From assembly GCA_050949045.1 (NCBI GenBank), contig JBMNEZ010000001.1:768001-832000 (forward strand): a stretch of 64,000 nt of DNA. The letters are read 5' to 3'. The notes under the pieces were generated by a model. That model did not search any database, was not told the DNA's origin, and worked only from the letters and a program-made list of their open reading frames with translations. Positions 10,369 to 20,899 of the stretch are shown piece after piece. Positions within the stretch are counted from its first letter, which is position 1. Each line of letters opens with the position of its first letter. The DNA comes from Candidatus Izemoplasmatales bacterium. Lineage in GTDB: Bacteria > Bacillota_I > Bacilli_A > Izemoplasmatales > Hujiaoplasmataceae. A program made the translations under genes and the position numbers.

Positions 10369-10499
10369 ATATACAAATTTCTTTTTATGACTTTGATATT
10401 AATTAAAAACAACAAGTAAAAGCACAATAGAAGCCAAAAAGAAAACTTAAGATACTTCGCAAAGCATTATTTATTTACAAAGTAAATTTAAAATACCAT

Positions 10500-10778
10500 G
10501 ATGATTTTTTAGATAATGATAAAGTTATTATTGAAGGCATTTATGACATGTTTATGAAAGATAAAGAGATTGAGAAATACCAACAATATGCCAAAGATAA
10601 TAATCCAGAAATGTTTGTTAATAGTTTGTTTCCAGATAAATTTAGAGAAATAGCCATAGCCATGGCGTTATATCAAAGCAATAATGAGTCGTTTGAAAAA
10701 CCATTTACTGATAGTGCTTTTTATGAAGAAATAATGGAAGTTATTGCTAAAGAATTGTATAAAACATTAAGGAAATGA
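10500..10778 (+). pseudogene. Probable C-terminal remnant of type I restriction subunit HsdR
   Basis: DKVIIEGIYDMF...AKDNNPEMFVNSLFPDKF...FYEEIMEVIAKELYKTLR resembles HsdR C-termini (from memory); no upstream body. Confidence 0.55.
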
Positions 10779-10816
10779 AAGTATAAAAACTATACATATT
10801 AGGAGTATGATTGATT

Positions 10817-13800
10817 ATGGCTGTGATAAGTGATATTAAGAATAAAATTGCATTATTAGGTCAGGCACAATTTCAAACTTTGGTGGACGAAATAGTAAGA
10901 AGAGAAAATCCAAACAGTTCAATTGTTTCTTTCGGGCTAAATTTGGAAGGGAAAACTATTAAAGGTGTCCCGGATTCATATTTAAATAGTGGCGATACAT
11001 TTATATTTTTTGAATCAACAACACAAAAAACAAATCTTTATAATAAATTGAAAAATGATGTTGAATCATGTTTACTAATTGAGTGCAAAGGATTAAAAAA
11101 AATAGTACTGGTATTTACTGGAAGATTAAAACCAGCAGAAAGTGAAAAACTGAAAAAAATCTGCCCTATTAACATTGAAGTAGAACTATTAAGTATCACG
11201 GAAATTGCTCACTTAATTAATTTAAAATACCCGCATATGGCTTTTGATCATTTAAATATTGCTATTGATACAGGCCAAATAAATACAGTTGAATTTTTTT
11301 TAGATAAATCACGAAACAATAAATTTTCTGGGCCCCTAGATGTAGATTTTATGTATCGTGAAGAAGAAATATTAAAAATACAAAAATTACTAAAGGAAAT
11401 TGATTATGTTATTTTGTCTGGCATACCAGGTTGTGGTAAAACAAAATTAGCTTTAGAAATCCTTTTAAGAGAAGAAAACAGATTATGTTTTGTAATAAAA
11501 AACAATAACATTCCCATTATAGAAGATTTAAATAAATATATCTTAAAAGGAAATAGATATCTTATTTTGATTGATGATGCAAATCAATTTAACCAATTAG
11601 ACACAATTACTGAATACATTAGATATAATTTTGGTCCTGAAGATGTAAAAGTTATTTTAACAGTGAGAAATTATGCTTTGCAAAATGTACTTTATAAATT
11701 AAATGATGACTTATATGAGGTCGTTAAAATCAATATATTTACAGATGAAGAGTTGTCTACAATCATTAAGAAAAATCTTAATATATTAAACGATAATTAT
11801 TTAGTAGATAGGATAATAAAAGCTTCTCATGGAAATGCTCGTTTCGCATATATGATTGGACAGTTAGCTTTGGAAAAAAAAGATTTAAGTGCAATACATA
11901 ATATTGATGATATAGCGCATAAATATTATTATAAAATTATCGAAATAGTTTCTAGTAAAAAAAGTTATCTTAAAACCCTAGGCATAATTTCCTTTTTTAA
12001 TAAAGTAGTCTTAAATGATGAACAAAACATGAATGAGATTTTAAAATTAGTAGATATTTCTAGTAATGATTTTTCTGAGGCTCTTACGTTTTTACATAAA
12101 AACGAACTGATTGATATTTATGAAAATAAAATCGCTATGATTTCTGATGAAACCTTGTGCAATTACTTGTTTTTTTATATCTTTATAGAACATAAAATAA
12201 TAAATATATCGGATGTTATTAAAAACTATTATAAAACACACATCAAAAGAGTAATAGAAATTTTTAATGCGGTTCTTTTTATTTTTCAAAATAGTTCTTT
12301 AGACATACTTTCTGCAACTACATTAAACATATTTAATGAGTTAATTGTTAATTCCCAAGATAATGCTATAATTTTTGCTAGTTACTTTGGTAATCTTTTT
12401 GAATTAGAGACGCTTATTTTTCTTGATAATGTGATAAAATCAGAACCAAATCGGTTAAAAAAAACAACGTTAAATTTATCTGATGACATAAAAAAAATAA
12501 ATATTAAAGATCCAATATTAAAAACTCTTAAAATGTTATCTGATGGTATATATTATAATGAGGCTTTTGAGTTATTAATAGAATTGTTAGATAGAGAAAG
12601 TTTTTCACTGGAAGAAGTTATTGCGACAATTTATCATTCTTACAGAATTACATCAGAAAGTTTTAGAAATCAATTTGCTGTTCAAAAAACAGTGTTAAAT
12701 GAAATAGAAAACAAAACAAACGATGAATATATAAGAGAAATATTAACCATTTTATTAGGAGATTATGTTGCTTTAGGGTTTATGGATGTAACATTTGAAA
12801 AGAAGACATATACAATGAAAAAAGTACTATTCAATAATGCGTTTTATGATTACGAGTTTCGTGAAAAAATTTGGGTGATGGTTGAAAATTATATTCCATC
12901 AAAAAACAAGTATATAATAAGTAAATTCCTTAATGATTCGTACATTTATGAGGTCACGCCTGAAATTATAAAAAGTGAATTCGGCATTTTAAAAAAATGT
13001 TTTTGGGATGAGATTTTAGGAACGCCCTATATTATTTTAAAAATAATTGATGTATTAACTTACTATAAAATTCAAGATTATGAAATTGAAGAATTAACAA
13101 ATACCAAGGAAATATATATTTATAAATTGATAATTCAAAGACATTATAAGCCAAGTGATAACAGACTAAATTATAGAGAAAAAAATCAACAGTTATTGGT
13201 TAATTTTTCTAAAAATATAAATGAAGATGAATTAACACTATTAAAGAAAATGATTGTTAGTATATCCAATGAAGGAAAAGATATAGCTAATTCTTTAATG
13301 ATAATATTATTGAATATCAATGACATTTACTTTACAGAATTTTTAGAATTTGTAATAAAAGAAGGACTAACAAAACATATTTTTTATCGTGGCGAGAATG
13401 AGTGCAATATAATCAATAAGTTACATTCTCTAAACTATGATTTTTTATCATACATTAATCAATTTGGTGATTTTGTTAATAAAATTGATTGGATATTACA
13501 TTATTTTGAAACCTTACCTCAAGAAAAAATTAACCAACAAATAGCAAATAATTTGTTAAGGTTTTTAGAGAAATGTGATTTGAATAGGTATATTAAGGTT
13601 AACAAATTTGAAAAATATGTGAAGGTTGATAAAAAATTTTATGAAAAATATGTAAATATCGCAATAACTAAAGATGATCATATTTACAAATATTATGTGG
13701 ACTTGTTTTTTAATGAATATATTTATGATTTTAAAACAGTATTTGCTTTATTAAATAATAATATAGAAATTTACAAAAAAATATATTTTCGTGGATTTAA

Positions 13801-14425
13801 AAATATAAATAATTTCGACTCTAATATAGTTTTTTTGAAACAATTGTGCATATTAGACGAGAATTCAATTTTTGAATATGTCGAATTGTTATTAAGCGAG
13901 AATAAGTACATTACAGAAAAATCTTGTTTGAGTTTTATCTGGGATTTAGAAAATTCTGAAATAAACGTTAATAAGATTATAGATATGGTTATTGAAGATA
14001 AAAGGAAAAAAATTATAAGTCTAACTAACCTAATAATGCAATTAGAAAATGAAAAACACAGAATAAAATATATACATTTATTAAAGAGTAGGATAGAAAA
14101 TACTACTGATCCTATTGAAGTTTCCACGATATCTGAAGCGTGTGTTTTTAGTGATTTTAAATATGATGTTTTTGAAGAGTTCATAAAAAATAATGATAAT
14201 TTTGAATTATTAAAGGAATATAATTTTTTGCCTTCATGGGGGTTTTGGTCTGGCAGTGTGGTTCCTCATATAAATGCACAAATTGAAACGCTTGAAGGTT
14301 TTGTGTCAAAAATACCTAACACTAAAAATTATTTAAAACACAGGGAATATTTATTGGGGAAAATTGAGATTAAAAAAGTTGAAATTAAATATTGGGAAGA
14401 ACAAGAAATTTTTGAAAATATATAA
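10817..14425 (+). CDS. Large STAND-like P-loop NTPase with N-terminal restriction-endonuclease-like domain and long helical C-terminus
   Basis: KGVPDSY...FFESTTQ; Walker A GIPGCGKT; Walker B LILIDDAN; ILTVR; SHGNARFA (GxP-like); ~850 aa predicted-helical tail. Confidence 0.75.
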   Translation: MAVISDIKNKIALLGQAQFQTLVDEIVRRENPNSSIVSFGLNLEGKTIKGVPDSYLNSGDTFIFFESTTQKTNLYNKLKNDVESCLLIECKGLKKIVLVFTGRLKPAESEKLKKICPINIEVELLSITEIAHLINLKYPHMAFDHLNIAIDTGQINTVEFFLDKSRNNKFSGPLDVDFMYREEEILKIQKLLKEIDYVILSGIPGCGKTKLALEILLREENRLCFVIKNNNIPIIEDLNKYILKGNRYLILIDDANQFNQLDTITEYIRYNFGPEDVKVILTVRNYALQNVLYKLNDDLYEVVKINIFTDEELSTIIKKNLNILNDNYLVDRIIKASHGNARFAYMIGQLALEKKDLSAIHNIDDIAHKYYYKIIEIVSSKKSYLKTLGIISFFNKVVLNDEQNMNEILKLVDISSNDFSEALTFLHKNELIDIYENKIAMISDETLCNYLFFYIFIEHKIINISDVIKNYYKTHIKRVIEIFNAVLFIFQNSSLDILSATTLNIFNELIVNSQDNAIIFASYFGNLFELETLIFLDNVIKSEPNRLKKTTLNLSDDIKKINIKDPILKTLKMLSDGIYYNEAFELLIELLDRESFSLEEVIATIYHSYRITSESFRNQFAVQKTVLNEIENKTNDEYIREILTILLGDYVALGFMDVTFEKKTYTMKKVLFNNAFYDYEFREKIWVMVENYIPSKNKYIISKFLNDSYIYEVTPEIIKSEFGILKKCFWDEILGTPYIILKIIDVLTYYKIQDYEIEELTNTKEIYIYKLIIQRHYKPSDNRLNYREKNQQLLVNFSKNINEDELTLLKKMIVSISNEGKDIANSLMIILLNINDIYFTEFLEFVIKEGLTKHIFYRGENECNIINKLHSLNYDFLSYINQFGDFVNKIDWILHYFETLPQEKINQQIANNLLRFLEKCDLNRYIKVNKFEKYVKVDKKFYEKYVNIAITKDDHIYKYYVDLFFNEYIYDFKTVFALLNNNIEIYKKIYFRGFKNINNFDSNIVFLKQLCILDENSIFEYVELLLSENKYITEKSCLSFIWDLENSEINVNKIIDMVIEDKRKKIISLTNLIMQLENEKHRIKYIHLLKSRIENTTDPIEVSTISEACVFSDFKYDVFEEFIKNNDNFELLKEYNFLPSWGFWSGSVVPHINAQIETLEGFVSKIPNTKNYLKHREYLLGKIEIKKVEIKYWEEQEIFENI

Positions 14426-14444
14426 TTTATATATAAAACTATGA

Positions 14445-14485
14445 GTGTTTGATTTACCTCAATTTACCCTCAAAAGGTATGCTAA
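14445..14485 (+). repeat. Cassette-end motif after STAND gene
   Basis: GTGTTTGATTTACCTCAATTTACCCTCAAAAGGTATGCTAA, 33/41 identical to 29394-29434. Confidence 0.75.
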
Positions 14486-14631
14486 AAAACTTTTTAACAA
14501 GTTTTAGACAAATAACAAAATGGTAGCCATTTTCCTTTAAAATACCCCAGAACAACTATGAGGGTATGCTTATAAATGTCAAGTTAAATGTCCCCATTTT
14601 TGTGCAGATAAGAATCCCCACTTTTATTCAA

Positions 14632-15375
14632 TTATGATTTATTAAGTTTTACTTTATCTTTAATCCTATATGATGGGCCAATTATATTAAATAAATATGA
14701 ATAATGTAGTAGCCTATCTAATATAGCTTTAGTTATCATTTCATCATTTCCTAATATTTGTGGCCATTTATCAAATGTCATATTACTAGTAATAATTGTT
14801 GATTTCTTTTCATATCTTAAATCAATTAATTGAAAGAAAAGTTTTGCTTCTAAAGGGGTTATTTCATTAAATCCGACTTCATCAATTATTAGTAGTTTAT
14901 ATTTAAAGAAATTTCTAATACGCTTTTCAAATGTTCCTTCATGAAAAGCATTTTTTAATGTTAATATTAATTTATTAAATTTAATAAAATAAACGCTATT
15001 TCTTTTAATTGCTACTTCGTAACCTAATGCGATTGCTAGATGGGTCTTCCCTACTCCAGGATTTCCAATGAATATTATATTGATTGCTTCTTCGTAGAAG
15101 TTTGAACTTGCTATTGCTCTTATTTTATCTTCATTAACGCTTTGTTGAAATTCAAAGTCATAATTATCTAAGGTTTTTAAAAATGGAAATCCAGCTACTT
15201 TTACATTATAGAGTTTATTATTTTCTTCTTTCTCTATTACTTCTTTTTCTAAAACTTTATAAATACCTTTTATTTCTGTTTCATTTATTAAATTATTCAT
15301 ATATAGTTCTTGGATGTAATCACTGGCTGATTTTAGTTTTAAATATGTTAATTGTTCTATCACCTTATTAATCAT
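14632..15375 (-). CDS. istB: IS21 helper ATPase IstB
   Basis: GNPGVGKTHLA, LLIIDEVGF, AILDRLLH, GPSYR. Confidence 0.95.
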   Translation of the reverse strand: MINKVIEQLTYLKLKSASDYIQELYMNNLINETEIKGIYKVLEKEVIEKEENNKLYNVKVAGFPFLKTLDNYDFEFQQSVNEDKIRAIASSNFYEEAINIIFIGNPGVGKTHLAIALGYEVAIKRNSVYFIKFNKLILTLKNAFHEGTFEKRIRNFFKYKLLIIDEVGFNEITPLEAKLFFQLIDLRYEKKSTIITSNMTFDKWPQILGNDEMITKAILDRLLHYSYLFNIIGPSYRIKDKVKLNKS

Positions 15376-16630
15376 AATTAATATTCCTCATTTCTTTAAT
15401 TATTACTTCATCGCTTTTCTCTTTATTAAATCTCTTATTTTCATATTTTAAGTTGTGTTCTTTTTTTATATTTAATAATTTATTTGTTATTTTATGAATT
15501 GCGATGATTTTTCGTTTATAATATATGTGAAGTTCATCTCTTTTAACGGTTATTCCGACTTTTAACCCGATAAATTTCTTAGGGACAGAATATTTATTAG
15601 ATTTGTAGGATATTAATGACTCGTTAGAGACGTAAACTTCACTGAGTGTAAGGTGATACTTTTGCCTGATTTCTTTGGATGGGAGAGGCATTAGATCACC
15701 TTTTTCTTTTTCTAAGAGAAATTCTCTTGGAAATTTAGTTGCTTGAGATATCCCCTCATTATCTTCTTTAGATATTATTTCTAACTTTTCATGAATATCA
15801 ATTAAATTTTCATATTTACCGTTATAATTTTTTATTTGCTCAACTGTTTTATTTTGGGTTTCTACTTTCCCTTTTGTTTGTGGCCTTGCTGGCATATATG
15901 GTTTTACTATAAATCCATAATCTTTTCTAAATTCATCAAATTTACTTGTTACTAAAGCTAAATTACCATTTCGTCTTGGTATTTCAATGAATTGCTTTAA
16001 ATTGTCAATTACTAATTCTTTAGGAACTCCACCTATCTCTTCAAAAGCCTCTGCTAGAAATGATAGTAATGTTTCAATTTTAATATCTAATGTAATTCGT
16101 CTTACATTATATCTTGACCAAGATAATGTTAGTGTCGGGATATATATTGATATTACCTCTCCAGTGGATGTTATTGTTTTAACTTTTTCTTTAATGTCAA
16201 ACTGTGCTTGTACACCTGGATCTGTTTCAAATCTTTCTGTAAAACTATTATCTTTTTTTCTTTTAAATAAATTATTTAATTTTTCATCATTTCTTATATA
16301 TCTTTGAAGTGTTGATCTTGAACATGTTATTCCCCGTTCTCTTTTAAGATATTTAAATAGATGTTCTATATAATCAAAACTTTGATATTTATCACTTAAA
16401 ACTTCAACTATATAATCCCTATGTTCATCTAGATACTTTATCCTCTCTCTAGTCTTTTTTGGTACATTTCCATTTAAATATTTTCTAACTGTCTTCCTAT
16501 CCTTATTAAGATGATTTGCTATTTTAGATATATTCACTTTTATCTTTCCTTCCTTATACGCTCTACTAAATAGTAATAGATCTTCAATACGATTAATGTT
16601 TTCTAATATTGCATTTGTCATTTCTTTCAA
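15368..16630 (-). CDS. istA: IS21 transposase IstA
   Basis: HTH DRKTVRKYL, RFETDPGVQAQFD, GGVPKELVIDN, PQTKGKVE, YSVP. Confidence 0.95.
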   Translation of the reverse strand: MKEMTNAILENINRIEDLLLFSRAYKEGKIKVNISKIANHLNKDRKTVRKYLNGNVPKKTRERIKYLDEHRDYIVEVLSDKYQSFDYIEHLFKYLKRERGITCSRSTLQRYIRNDEKLNNLFKRKKDNSFTERFETDPGVQAQFDIKEKVKTITSTGEVISIYIPTLTLSWSRYNVRRITLDIKIETLLSFLAEAFEEIGGVPKELVIDNLKQFIEIPRRNGNLALVTSKFDEFRKDYGFIVKPYMPARPQTKGKVETQNKTVEQIKNYNGKYENLIDIHEKLEIISKEDNEGISQATKFPREFLLEKEKGDLMPLPSKEIRQKYHLTLSEVYVSNESLISYKSNKYSVPKKFIGLKVGITVKRDELHIYYKRKIIAIHKITNKLLNIKKEHNLKYENKRFNKEKSDEVIIKEMRNINYD

Positions 16631-16742
16631 CTCCTCTACGGAGTTATTTTATCAAATAAAAAGTACCCTTTCGTTAATGACTGTAACTGGGGAAAATTAC
16701 ATGCACACTATTGGGTACTTTTATATTAACATTTGTAATGCT

Positions 16743-16833
16743 AACGGATTTTTTAATAATTTAACACAAACAAGTCATTTTCTGCTATACTTTTTATGTC
16801 AAAACTGGTGCCATAAAAATATTTGATTAGTAA
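16743..16833 (+). repeat. Internal copy of the tRNA-Ala-adjacent arm plus boundary motif (attP-like junction)
   Basis: With IS21 removed, 14563-14570 + 16743-16810 aligns ~62/77 to 29425-29501, ending at TGGTG; continues CCAT-N7-TTTGATTAGTAA as at 1427-1467. Confidence 0.75.
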
Positions 16834-16881
16834 CCTAATTAATTGATAAAATCGCCAACAAGGCGATTAAGACTGTAGACA

Positions 16882-18640
16882 GGAACTGTAAAAAAATGAG
16901 AAAATATTTTTTCTCTAGAGCTTACGGCTCCTTTTTTATTGTTTTGTTTTAAGAAAAATATTGAGTTGTTAAAAAAAGGCCCAATGAAGCCGTGAAAAAA
17001 GAAGATTGTGGATAAATCATGACTTTTAATTTATTTGTTCTTTTGAAATTTATTCGATTATTCTGAACTTTTTATTGTGAAATTTAGTCAAATTGTATCC
17101 TATTGCTACTAAAAAGAACTCTAATCTGACATTTTCAGTCCCGAATCGCCTAAATCTCCTTGTTTTGAAAACGTCTTTTATTATTCCGAATGCTCCTTCA
17201 ACTTGAATGGAGCGTTTTATTCTTAACTCAATTCCTAAATCAGTATTTAAATTGTGGATAACTTCTTTTTGATATTTTATATTTTCTTCGTTTAGTTCTT
17301 TATGCTTTCCGTTTAGAAGTCTGAATATACCGTTACCCCTTTTGTTTCTATATATATAGATAGGTAAGCCTGTCACCATTTGGAGCTATGAAGTCTTTTC
17401 CATCTTTAATTAGATTATGAGAAAAATATGGATCTTTCATACGCTTCTTTTCGTGTATATCTTTATAATACATATTGTATTTGGTGTATAGTTCCATTCC
17501 GTTATCTTTTAAATATCTATAATTTTTTAATCCTCCGTATCCAGAATCAGCTACCGGATATTTTGGATATTTAGAATATTTTTCATGGAATGTTTCTAGA
17601 AACGGAATAAATGTGTTGTAGTCGTTTCTTTCTCTAGAAAAGTCTATGTGTACTATGTATTCATCTGATACACCTATTTGAACGTTGTAGCCTGGCTTAA
17701 GTTGTCCGTTAAGCATATGGTCTTCCTTCATTCTCATAAATGTTGCACCATGGTCAGTTCTTGAATATGAGTTTCTATTTGACCCCATAATTTCAAGATG
17801 TTTTCTATACTCTTTTAATTTGGTTAGATATTCATCTGTTTTTTCAAAATGTCTTTGTAAGCCTGTTTTTCTTGTTCCTTTCCCGTATATGAAGTTTATA
17901 TTTTGTGATTTGATTTCGTTTAATAGAAAGTCCTTAATGTTCTCTAAATATGATTCCTCATATATGTCGTGCATTTCAAAATATAACCCATCATTTTGAA
18001 AGGTCTCGTTTAATCCTTTTATTTCTTTTGTTATTTTCTTATATAACTTATTTCTAAATTTCTCTATTGAACCACGCTAGACGAATGTATATTTATTGGC
18101 CCTCGATTCTATTTTTGTTCCGTCAATATACACAGTATTGGTATCAATTTTTTCTTTTTTGATGAAATAATTACTGAACTCATAAAAGATATCTTCAATT
18201 TTTTTAAGTAAAAACTTATCTATAAAATTCTTGATCGTTTGATGACTTGGCATAAGCTCCTCTGTAAGCCACATAACCCTAATGTCATTTTTTGCTGCCT
18301 TAGCCATCTCTCGTAACGATTGGATTTTTTCCATCTGACAAAACAGGATTAGTTTTAACATTTGAACTGGATTATATCCGATTCTACCTCTTGGGGCACT
18401 ATCAGATACGAGGTATTTTTCTACTCCTATCTCATGAAATACCTTGTCAAATGTTCTAACCTCACTATCAAATGGTATCTTTTTATCTAATATTAGTGGT
18501 AATCTTAATTGTTTTGTGTTAAAATAAATTGGATTTAATTGTGTATTGGTTATACTACAATTATACCAAAAACCGTCCAACTTTTTACCGGACGGTTTTT
18601 CATTTCTTAAGGGATTTCTATTTTATTTCTTTACAGCCCC
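16882..18640 (-). mobile_element. IS1182-family element (inner, nested)
   Basis: IRs GGAACTGTAAAAAAAT / ATTTCTTTACAGCCCC flank a broken transposase. Confidence 0.75.
17050..18580 (-). pseudogene. IS1182-family transposase, with nonsense (TAG at 18077) and frameshift (~17350)
   Basis: GRIGYNPVQMLK, IDGTKIESRANKYTFV*, RTDHGATFMRMKED, GYNVQI, VADSGYG, RSIQVEGAFG split over three ORFs. Confidence 0.88.
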
Positions 18641-18732
18641 TTTCTTTGAGTTATCCACAAGTTAACGCGAGTTTTGAAATTGCTATATACAAGCATATAA
18701 TAAAAGGGTAGAATGACGACAAGTGATGCCAA

Positions 18733-19771
18733 ATGATGACGAAGAAAAGCGATACAAGCCGGAATAACATCCAAATGATAAGCATCGAATCAATGGTACC
18801 TGAGAAACACCTTGTATGCAAGATAGAGAGCGTAATTGATTTTGAGTTTGTGCGAGACCTGGTTAAGGACTTATATTCAGAGACAACCGGAAGACCATCA
18901 ATCGATCCGGTTGTGCTTGTAAAGATAGTGTTCATCCAGTTTCTGTTTGGCATCAAGTCAATGCGACAGACAATCAAGGATATTGAAGTGAACGTAATGT
19001 ATCGCTGGTTTTTGGGATACGGATTCACAGAAACGATCCCCCACTTTTCGACATTTGGAAAAAACTATGTCAGACGCTTCGCCGAGGACAATCTGTTCGA
19101 TAAGATCTTCAAGACCATATTTGTATCAATTGATTGAACAGGGTTTTGTGAAAGAGGAAACGATATTCGTCGACTCGACACATATCAAAGCCTATGCGAA
19201 CAAACGAAACATCCATCACGAATACGTTGAGGAGGACTATCATAAATATATGAGAGAACTCCATCGGGAAATAAACGAGGAACGCGTAAAAAAGAAAAAT
19301 TTCTATCTATGTCCGTGGTTGAAAAAACTGCAATACAAAGGTATAAACAGTCAGGGATATCGCATTTACAAAACCAGCAAAAAGGATTGTGCAAACTGTC
19401 CATACAAGTATAAGTGTACGAACCTTGACACAAAAACCAGCACCAGGCATTTTCTCGAACAGACGAAAGCAATCGTCAGAGAGATCCGGATGAGCGATTT
19501 TGGAAAAGAACTCTACCCCAAACGCAAGTATACCGTGGAGCGAACATTCGCCCAAGCGAAAATGTGTCATTGTCTCGGCTTCACACATCTACGGAGGTTA
19601 AAGAAAAACCATGATCGCAATTTGATTGTGTTCGCTGCGGCCAACCTCAAGAAGTTGGCTCTTTTCGTCACGGAAACAAACAAAGAATTCAAGCGGATCA
19701 CTGCTTGTATTTCTTGTTTTTTCAAATTATTTCGTCCCAAAACACAAAAAGTCCCCCAGTATCTCTACTGA
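18733..19771 (+). pseudogene. IS1182-family transposase, frameshifted and probably internally deleted
   Basis: GRPSIDPVVLVK...YRWFLG...PHFSTF; VDSTHIKAYAN; RKYTVERTFAQAK...AAANLKKLA. Confidence 0.85.
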
Positions 19772-19919
19772 AAGACTTGTTTGTCTACAGACTGACATAC
19801 ATATCAATGTATAAAAAAACATATTGCCCATTATAGAGTTCGATGTTGTTTTTGAAAATAATAAAAATGTGAGATATTTCTTAAATTTAACATAGTAAAA
19901 GTAAAACATTTGATAAAAA

Positions 19920-19928
19920 TGCTATAAT
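19920..19928 (+). promoter_or_regulatory. Extended -10 promoter for methyltransferase-DGQHR operon
   Basis: TGCTATAAT ~25 bp before ATG 19952. Confidence 0.45.
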
Positions 19929-19951
19929 TATGATATAAGGGTTGTATTTAA

Positions 19952-20899
19952 ATGGAGCTGAGATTGATGACAATTTTTAAGGAAGAAAACATGTTCACCG
20001 ATAATATATTCGTTACAAAAAATAATGAAATTAAAATTATCAATGATGACTGTGTTAGGATTATGGAGAAAATAAAATCAGAAAAAGTGAGTCTTTTAAT
20101 TACATCTCCGCCATATTGTATAGGTAAAGAATATGAAAATATTACAGACGATATAAATTCTTTTGTTTCATTAAATACGAAAGTAATTAAAGAGTCAATT
20201 AGGATATTGAAAAAGGGCGGTAGTCTATGCTGGCAAATAGGTTTTCATGTGAAACAAGGTATTATTATTCCATTAGACTATCATATTTACAATATAGTGG
20301 AAAAAATCAATGAAAACTTATCTGAAAATGATCGGCTATACTTACACAATAGGATTGTTTGGACATTTGGTCACGGATTAAATGCTGAAAAAAGATTAAG
20401 TGGTAGATATGAAACTATATTGTGGTTTACGAAAGGAAAAGAATATATATTTAATCTTGATCCTATTAGAATTCCACAAAAATATCCTGGAAAAAAATAC
20501 TCCAAAGGACCTAAAACTGGCAAATATAGTGGTAATCCTCTTGGTAAAAATCCATCAGATGTTTGGGATATCCCAAATGTAAAAGCTAATCATGTAGAAA
20601 AAACAGAGCATCCATGCCAATTTCCAATAGTAATACCACAAAAATTGATCAAAGCATTAACAAATGAAGGTGACATAGTTATTGATCCGTTTTTTGGAAG
20701 CGGAACAACCGCCATAGCTTGTTTGATAGAAAACAGAAAATTTGTGGGAATGGAAATAGATAATAAATATTTTAATATAGCGAAAGATAGAATTTTAGAT
20801 GCTATAGATGGTAATATCAAATATAGATGTGAAATACCACCAATTGAACCCGATAAAAATCAAAAAGTGGCACAAAAGCCGGAGGGCTTTAAATGGTAA
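19952..20899 (+). CDS. Beta-class amino-DNA methyltransferase (SPPY; likely m4C)
   Basis: Motif IV ITSPPY near N-terminus, HPCQFP, motif I DPFFGSGTT near C-terminus. Confidence 0.92.
   Translation: MELRLMTIFKEENMFTDNIFVTKNNEIKIINDDCVRIMEKIKSEKVSLLITSPPYCIGKEYENITDDINSFVSLNTKVIKESIRILKKGGSLCWQIGFHVKQGIIIPLDYHIYNIVEKINENLSENDRLYLHNRIVWTFGHGLNAEKRLSGRYETILWFTKGKEYIFNLDPIRIPQKYPGKKYSKGPKTGKYSGNPLGKNPSDVWDIPNVKANHVEKTEHPCQFPIVIPQKLIKALTNEGDIVIDPFFGSGTTAIACLIENRKFVGMEIDNKYFNIAKDRILDAIDGNIKYRCEIPPIEPDKNQKVAQKPEGFKW

Larger units (their letters stand above)
14571..16737 (-). mobile_element. IS21-family insertion sequence, apparently intact
   Basis: ~50-bp imperfect terminal IRs (TATAAATGTCAAGTTAAATGTCCCCA / TACAAATGTTAATATAAAAGTACCCA); 5-bp target duplication ATGCT at 14566-14570 and 16738-16742; istA + istB. 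Confidence 0.92.
16870..19793 (+). mobile_element. Degenerate IS1182-family element (outer), interrupted near its left end by a second IS
   Basis: IRs AGACTGTAGACA (16870) / TGTCTACAGACT (19782-19793); broken transposase at 18733-19771. Confidence 0.75.
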
